NCBI GenBank assembly: GCA_002269645.1
Contig: NIVC01005063.1
Location: forward strand, 1-27,427
Length of the DNA stretch: 27,427 nt
From: Macrostomum lignano
Taxonomy: Eukaryota
Direction: 5' to 3'
Translations under genes and position numbers: made by a program
Part shown: one piece after another, positions 1 to 27,427 of the stretch
Numbering within the stretch: position 1 is the stretch's first letter
Layout: the number at the start of each line of letters is the position of its first letter
Notes under the pieces: model-generated
The model's input: the letters and a program-made list of their open reading frames with translations, nothing else
Database searches by the model: none
Told to the model about the DNA's origin: nothing

Positions 1-717
1 ACAGGTTGGTGCCACATTACAGATTTGGTGCCACATTAACAGATTTGGTGCCACATTCACAGGTGGTGCCACATTAACAGGTTGGTGCCACATTAACAGA
101 TTTGGTGCCACACTCACAGATTTGATGCCAAACTCACAGATTTATGCCAATTTACAGATTTGATGCCACATTCATAGATTTAGTGCCACATTAACAGATT
201 TGGTGCCACATTCACAGATTTGATGCTACATTCACAGATTTGTGCAACATTCACAGATATGGCCAGCATTCACAGATTTGATGCCACATTCACAGATTTT
301 GTGTTAAGATTTACAGGTTTGGAGCTACATTCACAGGTTGGACATTAACAGATTTGGTGCCACACTCACAGATTTGATGCCAAACTCACAGATTTAGTGC
401 CACATTCACAGATTTGATGCCACATTCATAGATTTGGTGCCACATTCAGATTTGGTGCCACATTCACAGATTTGATGCTACATTCACAGATTTTGTGCAA
501 CATTCACAGATATGGCGCAGCATTCACAGATTTGATGCCACATTCACAGATTTTGTGTTAAGATTTACAGGTTTGGAGCTACATTCACAGGTTGGTGCCA
601 CATTAACAGATTTGGTGCCACATTAACAGATTTGGTGCCACATTCACAGGTTGGTGCCACATTAACAGATTTGGTGCCACATTCACAGGTTGGTGCCACA
701 TTAACAGATTTGGTGCG
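1..717. repeat. ~20-bp minisatellite (ACAGATTTGGTGCCACATTC/A) inside a stomatin intron
   Basis: The unit is read directly. A ~254-bp internal duplication is present (GTGTTAAGATTTACAGG at 301 and 555). Confidence 0.95.
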
Positions 718-763
718 TCATCAAATTTCTAAAAAGCCACTAGCCCAGAAGTCACCAGCCGAC

Positions 764-1397
764 CTGCATCATGCCGCTGATGCCCTCTCGCTCGGACAGG
801 ATCTCCGACAGATTCTTTGTTCCCAGAACGTTTCTCAGCGTTGTCTGAGCCAGCAGCCGGGTTGATCGGTCGGCGTCCTCAACATTGGTGACGCTCACTA
901 CCGACTGAAGATCCGATAGAACACCACGGCATCGACTGCCACCGTCACGGAGTCCTTCGTGAGCACCTCCTGTGGTGGCACGTCGAACGTCACGGTGCGC
1001 AGGTCGACTTTTCGCACCAGATCGCAGCAGGCACCACGAAGAACAGCCCGGGACCCTTGCCGTCTTGACCGAGCACGCGGCCTAAGCGAAACACTACCGC
1101 CCTCTCGTAGTCTGTCACCACGCGAGACAGAAAATCAAGGAGAATGGAAAGGCCATGGCTATTAGAAGCAGGCTGAAACGAATAGGCATCGAGAACAGAG
1201 ACTGTCGCCTTTGCTGTCCTCCTGCGACGGGTCGCCAATGGGAGGGACACTGAGGCGGCCATGGCGGCGGCTTCGGCTTTCAACGGGCCGAGAGGGTCCG
1301 CAACCAGACTGGCCACTTGGTGGGCTTGGAGCAGACTGGCTACCGGCCGCTTGCTGCCGTCCTTGCCAGCGCTTGCTGTCGTAGATGCTTTGGAAGT
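764..1397 (-). CDS. STOM: Stomatin/band-7 (SPFH) protein, main exon, with single-base deletions
   Basis: Joining frames gives LCSRCLFV[F]SLLLIAMAFPFSLIFCL[R]VVTDYERAVVFRLGRVLGQDGKGPGLFFVV[P]CCDLVRKVDLRTVTFDVPPQEVLTKDSVTVAVDAVVFYRIFS[P]VVSVTNVEDADRSTRLLAQTTLRNVLGTKNLSEILSEREGISGMMQ, a canonical stomatin hairpin plus SPFH domain. Donor CAG|GT at 764/763; candidate acceptor at 1399-1398. The symbol is family-level only. Confidence 0.93.
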
Positions 1398-1509
1398 CTG
1401 ATCGACAGTTGTACATGCATGCAAGCCACGTTAATAAAGAGATAATAGATTTGCTTTAGTACCATGTAATTTAACATATGTAGGATTGAATTGGACTCAA
1501 GAAGTTCTC

Positions 1510-2120
1510 CAGTGTCCCAGTGTCTCCATATGAATCTCAGTGTCTCCATACGAGTCTCTCAGTGCCTCCATGTGAGTCTCAGTGTCTCCATGTGAGTCTC
1601 AGTGTCTCCATATGAGTCTCAGTGGCTCTATATGAGTCTCAGTGTCTCCATATGAGTCTCAAGTGTCTCATATGAGTCTCAAGTGTATCCATATGAGTCT
1701 CTTAGTGTCTCCATGTGAGTCTCAGTGTCTCCATGTGAGTCTCAGTGTCTCCATATGAGTCTCAGTGGCTCTATATGAGTCTCAGTGTCTCCATATGAGT
1801 CTCAAGTGTCTCATATGAGTCTCAAGTGTCTCCATATGAGTCTCTTAGTGTCTCCATGTGAGTCTCAGTGTCTCCATGTGAGTCTCAGTGTCTCCATATG
1901 AGTCTCAGTGGCTCTATATGAGTCTCAGTGTCTCCATATGAGTCTCAAGTGTCTCATATGAGTCTCAAGTGTCTCCATATGAGTCTCTTAGTGTCTCCAT
2001 ATGAGTCTCAAGTGTCTCCTTGTGAGTCTCAGTGTCTCCATATGAGTCTTGAGTGTCTCCATATGAATCTCAGTGTCTCCATATGAGTTTTAAGTGTCTC
2101 CACATGAGTTTAAAGTGTCT
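1510..2120. repeat. 20-bp minisatellite (AGTGTCTCCATATGAGTCTC) with a 143-bp higher-order period
   Basis: The variant CTCAGTGGCTCTATATG recurs at 1618, 1761 and 1904. Confidence 0.95.
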
Positions 2121-2209
2121 TTATCTACCTGTGTTCATAGACAATGAATTTTACAAGATTAAACGAAATTAGTAGATGTATTAGGCGAGTACGAAAGAAC
2201 AAAACTTAC

Positions 2210-2212
2210 CAT
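2210..2212 (-). CDS. Putative ATG-only first coding exon of the stomatin gene
   Basis: The minus strand reads AGAAGAAT-ATG|GTAAGT. A phase-0 join to 1397 gives MTSKASTTASAGKDGSKR. Confidence 0.45.
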
Positions 2213-4165
2213 ATTCTTCTCGTGCAATTATTGTTTTAATGAATTTTGTAGGATTTTTGTAGAGTTTTTAAGATGCCAAATGGTACCAGCGTTTCCAGCT
2301 TTATATTTAGTTCTCTAACACAATTGTTTCGAATTTTGTTACAAACGGTTGCAACCCAGCAGCAGTTTTGCTAGAGAAGTTAATTTTCACATTCAAATGC
2401 ATGGCACAAAACAGTCCGTTCAAAATACACACTTGTCATTGGTCTTTTTGCTGTTGCAAAAAATGATTGGTCAACGCCAACGGAAATCCCAAAAACGAAA
2501 AAACTATGCCGTTTTCAGATGTAGCTACTGAATACATGTACAAGCGTATTTTAAATGGATATAGTGCAAGTAAATATGAAAATTTATACTTTAAGAGGCC
2601 CTGCTCCAAATGTTCATTTTAGTTATTAATTGTAATTGCAACTTCTCGCGGTGCGGCAGCGTGACAGTTAAAAAAACTTCCTCGCTTACCCATACATACC
2701 GAATACAAATCTGTCGATCTTAGAGAAGCCCTGGATTCTACTGACATGTACTTATTCTAGATAGTGAATGCAACAAACAAAAAGCTGATTTTTACTGCCT
2801 TCAACGTAATATGTGAATGTATCAAGAATTAAAGGGCTCTGCACATGCCATAATTTGAACAATAGAGATTTATAGCCTGCTGAAACAATACACATAACTG
2901 GTTGAAACACAAAAAGCACAGTCTATGACTTTACCGTACACGTACCGTTTTCTGCACTAAATAAAAAATTTGCACTCTACCTGTGCATACATGTATTGTA
3001 AATCTAACGTGTCTAATATTCTGATATTAATGACGGCTTTCACATAATTATAGATTAGGTTATCAGATTTTATAAGATTCTCAGTTTAAAAATTCATCTT
3101 ACTGCCCTTGAAAGCTCTAAGGTCGCTTTAATTTGAAAGTGAAGCGTATAATAAAATATGTAAGATAATGTTTAATTTCTTATTAACTGCAACAAGTATT
3201 TATCTTAATTCTAAATTAATAATGTCCATACACATTTATGCAATTATGTTTTAATAAAATTACAATTTTGTTTTAACCCGTTGTTCTCATTGCCTCTAGG
3301 CAAATTCTTTATTTGATTTGACTGATTATCGGCAGTTTTAGTCAAACTAGCCTAGATTTATTTATAAGCTTTTAGTTTTATATACAATACAGTACAAACG
3401 TTATTAAAGTCCATACCATATATTAAAAATTGATTGTTCTTATCTATTTGCGTAGGTATCCATGTATCATAGGTATCAGCAAATTTCTACTGAAAATTTA
3501 CAAAGAGCACTACTGGCCGTCTCACCGTCTGCGCGTCTGCATTTTTCTAGCATATTTTAACAGACCAAAAACCAAAATTCTGAGCGATAATAATGCTCAG
3601 TTAGTCGCTATAAGATATCTTCGAAGTGTTACGTTAGGTTTTTGATACTTTTTCAGTAGTCTAGGTCATATCTTTGTTAGTTTTACAAGCACCTAATGTG
3701 GTTGAGAAATCAGTTGCATTTGCAATATATTTTATTATTTATCGATCTTTTTATTTCGCAATATGCTTAAACCTAAATTTATAAATAATTTAACTAACAA
3801 CAGTACAGTACAAAAATCTATACATTAATTTGATATATTTATCTATAAAAACAAACTCTAAAAACAAAGTGGTACCTTGTCCTTAACTCTAAAGATTATA
3901 AACCATGAGAGAAATCTTCAATCATACATAATATAGCTGTTGATTTGAATAAGATTTTTGCAACAATGACCGTTGAGGTTTAAAATTGTACATTTTGTTT
4001 TTACTGATTAAATGTTTTAATTATTCAAAATAGTTAAACCATTTACAATAGTTAAATGACATTGATAATAAAAATTGTATTTATCATTAACTATATTCCA
4101 GCTAAAATTACAGTTATAGCCGCTAAAAAAGGCAATAAAAAATAAACAGAGCCAAATAGATAAAA

Positions 4166-21721
<17,556 letters not shown>

Positions 21722-23865
21722 AACTGAACGAAAAATTTTTGAATTTATTTAAAGTGACTTTTTGCACAAAAGAGAAGATAATCTTGCCAAGGCACGAATG
21801 CGCTTCAGTTTTTTAGATTGTCTTTATAAGCTTCGCAATAGCTAGCCTCTATAGCTTGCTTTAATTTTGGCACGTGGGAAAATATTATTCCAAGCACTTC
21901 CGTTTTGCACTAGGATTTTTACGAGAGTATTGACAATAATTAGACAAAGAAGTTGTTTATGAATTCCAACAAATTAAATTAAGCTAATGCTCACTACAGG
22001 CGGTATTTATAAATGCAGCGTAAGTCTAAAAGTTTTAGACGGTCTCTGACTGTTTTTACCCTGGCTGCCTTCTGGCGGCATTTCTCGGGTTGTGCACAAT
22101 ATCCAATTGACCTGCCCGTCGGGTAGCTCCATCCCAAAGTGCCCTCACCGGAGGTGATGTGCATTCCAAAAAAAACTTTTCTAAGTACTCGTATTTAAAT
22201 ACTTAATACTCACCAGGGTTCTGGTGACTCCTGATAGGAGCCTCGCCCTTGGTAAATAAGCTGCCCAGACTCTCCAATCTAAAGAACTATTTCCGTAGAC
22301 TTTGGGGTTTCCCTACTCTCGGTCTCGGACCGCTTTCCAATTTTTTTCCAAAATTTTTCGCGCGCACACTCGGGTTTTTGTCATCGACTTACAATTATAT
22401 TGATGCGACTATATTTTTATTTAAAATTAAATTTACACAAATAGAGTAAGGGGCGGCGGTTAGTCTCAAAAAACTTAAAGACTAGCTGAAATGAAAGATT
22501 TAGACCATTTAAAAACTTTTTTACATTAGAGACTACCGAAGGAATAGCTGCTATGGATGCAAAATAAATAAACTAGTTCTTCGTCGTCTGACAAATCTGA
22601 AAATTTCGATATGAAAAACTGTAAAAAAGATAATTTTTAAATACCCACGACTAAAAAGTCTGTCTTTTTCCTCAAAATTTTTCTTCCGCTGAAAATACGA
22701 GTCGTATGCTCAATTAAAAAACTTTTTCGCTTGCATTATTTGCTTAGTTTGTTTTTCGAATGTCGAAAAATGAAAATCGAACACAATTATACAATTGGGA
22801 GCAATAGAATTGTAAACATGAAAAACTTAAGCTCTCATGAAATTTTTGAAGGCTTTGATAGTTTCCGGAAACATCAGTACCGCAAATTTAAGGACAGTTA
22901 TATTAATTATTACCCAATTCGATAAACTTTAAATCAATGTCCGGTACTGATATCGTTCGAAAACTTTAAGCCCTTAAAATCTTCAAAAACGTAATAGTGC
23001 TGTACTTGTACTTACAAAAATAAAGCCTTTAAATTTACTCTAAAAATCTAACATCCAGTTTTTGTTATAAATGCACAGTGCAACAACAGACCGAAATATT
23101 TATTTCGTAAAACACATTCTGCTTTTTATAAACAATTCTATTGATTTTTTGTAATTTTTGTGAAACCCATATTTTATTTTGTTCTCGGCACCAAAAGAAA
23201 GGATCGCACGATGAAAACGATTTTCATTGCTCAGAGTTTCTTATTTCTAAAAAAACTTAATGGGTGCACAAATTTTAGAAATACATATTAGCTAATGAGA
23301 GTATTTGCGCTATGAAATTTGCCCGGAGAGCAAAGCAACTTAGAGAAGTTTGCATCTTCATCTTTTTTCTTTCTTTTTTATTCAAAATTAAACTTTAAAA
23401 CAGCAAATCAAATAAAAAACTGTACTTGAGCTTGTGGTGTCGCTATAACTGGTTTAATTTTTCACTTTCAGACTTGAACGCATTTGTTGACCTCTTCGCC
23501 AAGATTTGCGATCGACTACTTACGAGCGTACTTACTGGGCAGTAGTCTAGCAAGCTAAATTTGAAGCTAGATTGTGAAAAGGGTAAGCTGCTCATACTGC
23601 ATAGTAGCCGCACATATATGTATTTAATATTAATAAGCAGACCGACGCGTACAGGCAGACAGAAAGACATGAAAATGCAAATAAAATATAAATTTCTTTT
23701 TCAGCACACCCTTACGGAAATCAGCTCATCAACTTGGGAGGAGCCATCAACTGGAGCTAATACTTAAAATAGTGTCTACCGGTAGCGAGTCAAATATAAA
23801 CGCAAAAAATCCCATATTCTGAGGTGCCAAAACTCATTCAAACTCCCATGCCAGCTGCATGTGGC

Positions 23866-23947
23866 GAGCTGCAATACGTAAAATCAAAATTCCTTTTTTC
23901 ATTTATAGAGCTGCAATACGTAAAATCAAAATTCCTTTTTTCATTTA
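23866..23947. repeat. Tandem duplication, 42-bp period
   Basis: GAGCTGCAATACGTAAAATCAAAATTCCTTTTTTCATTTA at 23866 and 23908. Confidence 0.92.
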
Positions 23948-24208
23948 AAGCATTTTTCGTCTGTTTTCAAATGAAATTGCATTTGTTTTAACGTGATTTT
24001 CTGAAGAAAAAAAGTTTGTTGTCATGCAATTAATTGAAAATCGTTAAACTCTTTTTTCATTTAAAACGGAGCCTGTCATGTATACAGTATTTGCTAACAA
24101 ACTTGCATTTTATGAAGTTTATAATAAAGGTTTTTACCTTGCAGTTGGCCTTTGATCTGCGGGCAAAAATTTAAACGAAAATTCTTACATTTATTGAATG
24201 TGTCCGCC

Positions 24209-24696
<488 letters not shown>

Positions 24697-25226
24697 GGTG
24701 CGGGTCAACTGTCGCCTTTTTTGCGGCACTTTGTTATTATGCACTAATTTGATTTTGTTATACGAGCTATAAATTCAACTGATGTGGTGGGCCTCATACG
24801 AGCTATAATGAAACAACGATATGTATCGAAAGAAATGTTGAAATTTCTTAGAAATCTTTTTAAAAAGTGTCTACCCAAAATGGAAATTTCCAAGCCTCTG
24901 AAATTAGAGAAAAGTAAAAGTTTAAAATTTCACAGTTCTTCAAAATATCTGCTTTATTTTTTTAGTTGAATCTCGGCGAATTCATAAATTTTATCGAAGG
25001 AGGGCCCCAGACAGATAAAATATTGATAGACTGCAATAAATTTAAAACCGTTCAGAGGCTATGAAAATCAAGGATGAGTTTGTATTTGTATCCTTTGCCA
25101 GAACTGTAGTAGCAAATCTTCGTGATAGAAATTAAAATTCTCGCTAGGAAAGTTTTATGCTCAGTTCTCGTATCGAAGTTGAAAAAATGGTAAATCTGAA
25201 TATTTTCGACTGGCATCCGCGGGCAT

Positions 25227-26122
25227 CAGTGGCGCAAGGACCACTAGAAGTAACTTCTAGTGGTCCTTCAGTGGCGTAGCCAGGAATTTCAATTGGGAGG
25301 GGCCGGGTTGGCCTGGCTGACCATGCCTTATGCCATTGCCACTTTTGGCGCCGCAGGCACTCATTTTGGCGCCGCAGGCACTCATTTTGGCGCCGCAGGC
25401 ACTCATTTTGGCGCCGCAGGCACTCATTTTGGCGCCGCAGGCACTCATTTTGGCGCCGCAGGCACACATTTTGGCGCTGCAGGCACTCATTTTAGCGCCG
25501 CAGGCACTCATTTTGGCGCCGAAGGCACACTCATTATGGCGCTGCAGGCACTCATTTTGGCGCCGCAGGCACTCATTTTGGCACCGCAGACACTCATTTT
25601 GGCGCTGCAGGCACTCATTTTGGCGCCGCAGGCACTCATTTTGGCGCCGCAGGCACACTCATTATGGCGCCGCAGGCACACATTTTGGCGCTGCAGGCAC
25701 TCATTTTGGCGCCGCAGGCACTCATTTTGGCGCCGCAGGCACACTCATTATGGCGCCGCAGGCACACATTTTGGCGCTGCAGGCACTCATTTTAGCACCG
25801 CAGGCACTCATTTTGGCGCCGCAGGCACACTCATTATGGCGCTGCAGGCACTCATTTTGGCGCCGCAGGCACACTCATTATGGCGCCGCAGGCACACATT
25901 TTGGCGCTGCAGGCACTCATTTTAGCGCCGCAGGCACTCATTTTGGCGCCGCAGGCACACTCATTATGGCGCTGCAGGCACTCATTTTGGCGCCGCAGGC
26001 ACACTCATTTTGGCGCCGCAGGCACTCATTTTGGCGCCGCAGGCACTCATGTTAGCGCCGCAGGCACTCAGTTTTTGGTACCCGCCGCGCCCAACCCCAC
26101 CCCCCAGGCGATTGGGGGGGGG
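25227..26122. mobile_element. Candidate non-autonomous element: palindrome, 21-bp array and 3' hairpin
   Basis: CAGTGGCG termini, a 33-bp palindrome at 25236-25268, an internal minisatellite and a C/G hairpin at 26100-26119. No right TIR or TSD was found. Confidence 0.4.
25343..26070. repeat. 21-bp minisatellite (GGCGCCGCAGGCACTCATTTT) with 23-bp variants
   Basis: Read directly. Confidence 0.96.
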
Positions 26123-26689
26123 CATTATGAAGAGAAATTTGCATTCTAAGGAGGAAAATTGTGAGGATTTTTTCGGAAATCCCTCATGAGGATTTGGGGA
26201 GTGAGAGGAGAGTTTGCCCTTTCTTAAGATTCTATATTTAATCCTGGAATTTGGATGCATGCACTGCATTGATCCGCGATTCTCGCCACATGTATCATTT
26301 TTGTTTAGTAGCGGCAAATTTGCTTTTTAGATTTGGGTCAGAAGCTTTGGCCTCTGCAGTTGGGGGGGGGGGACTTTGGCGCTGAATCGGAGGAACCAAA
26401 AGTTCCTTGTAGGTTCAGATTTAAAATCTGATTATAGGATCGTAGGAGTTTTCGTTATATTTACAACGAGAGTATAGCGGTGCTCGATCACAACAATAAC
26501 AAAAGTATGTTAAATTTATACGAATAATGAATTAACAATTTGCATTTTAACTGGTTCTTTAGACAAATTTACTAGTGTCAGATTTATTAGTTTATCTACG
26601 GTGCTATAATACTAAAGCAGAAGTGGCCCAAGAGCTTCACTTGTGGATTTTTTTTTTAATTCAGGAAAACATTGGTTCGTTCCATACGA

Positions 26690-27207
26690 ACTTTGGGAGA
26701 GATTTAGGAGATTTGTGACATCCAGGAGGATTTGAGGAGGTTTAGGAAAATTCTGAAAGATTCGGGGAGATTTAAGGGGATTCGGAGCGATTCGGGGAGA
26801 TTTGGGGAGTTTTAAGGGGATTCGGGGAGATTCGGGGAGTTTTGGGGAGTTTTGAGGGGATTCGGGGAGATTCGGGGAGATTTGGGGAGTTTTGAGGGGA
26901 TTCGGGGAGATTCAGGGAGATTTGGGGAGTTTTGAGGGGATTCGGGGAGATTCGGGGAGATTCGGGGAGATTTTGGGAGATTCGGGGAGATTCTGCATGG
27001 GAGATGCGAGGAGATTCGGGGAGATTTGGGGAGATTCGGGGAGATTTGGGAAGATTCGGAGAGATTTCGGGAGATTGCGAGAGATTTGGGGAGATTCGAA
27101 AGGATTTGGGTAGATTTGAGGGGATTCAAGGAGATTCGGGAGGATTAGGGGAGATTCAGGTAGACTTGATGGGATTCGGAGATATTCGGTGAGATTGGGG
27201 AGATTTG
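26690..27207. repeat. Degenerate 10-bp G-rich repeat (GGGGAGATTC/T)
   Basis: Read directly. Confidence 0.92.
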
Positions 27208-27315
27208 AATACCGTGATCGCTAGATTAGTTGTTTTTTTACAAAAAAAATTTTCAGATACAGTATTTGGAGACAGGCTGAGGAATCTCTGAGGCCGATTG
27301 CCACCAGCTGACCAG

Positions 27316-27426
27316 TCAGTGCCTGCCTCGTCCAGTCTTGTGCGTGTAGAACTTGTTGAAGTTCTCCGTGATGATCGGCACGGGAATGGCCAGAGTCAAC
27401 ACCCCGGCCACTGCGCACACGGAGCC
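27316..27426 (-). CDS. Voltage-gated K+ channel (Shaker superfamily), S6 and C-terminus, partial
   Basis: The minus frame reads [36 protein letters not shown], compared with Shaker [30 protein letters not shown]. Confidence 0.93.
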   Translation of the reverse strand, partial: GSVCAVAGVLTLAIPVPIITENFNKFYTHKTGRGRH

Positions 27427-27427
27427 A

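Noticed and set aside
25242-25262. Empty CACTA element (CACTA...TAGTG)
   Set aside because: The flanks GAC and GTC are inverted, not a 3-bp direct TSD; they simply extend the palindrome.
27221-27418. 65-aa [12 protein letters not shown]...
   Set aside because: It is the wrong frame; the overlapping frame encodes the Kv S6 segment.

Overview
This is animal genomic DNA with GT-AG introns and GC-rich exons, and almost every large intron holds a different mini- or microsatellite. The style resembles the flatworm Macrostomum, but that is only an impression. Most long ORFs in the track are repeat artefacts. Four genes can be rebuilt by hand. (1) A stomatin/SPFH gene on the minus strand (764-2212), whose 3' part lies left of the window; it is broken by 4-5 single-base deletions in homopolymer runs. 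(2) A ~20-exon plus-strand gene (4166-21721, ~1,980 aa) with an architecture I do not recognise: an MGxxxS myristoylation-type start, ~7 cupredoxin-like repeats without a clear copper ligand set, a CHB_HEX_C/Fn3-associated domain, and 6 FN3 domains split by a charged linker. It needs one well-supported and one probable 1-bp repair. (3) An intronless phospholipid-scramblase-family gene (19520-20278) nested on the SAME strand in intron 18 of gene 2, preceded by a cluster of CCAAT and CRE motifs. (4) The S6 segment and stop codon of a Shaker-superfamily Kv channel at the right edge (minus strand), with polar residues in the gate. Also present are an intronic RFX X-box, an AP-1-site minisatellite, and a palindrome + 21-mer array + hairpin that looks like a non-autonomous element.
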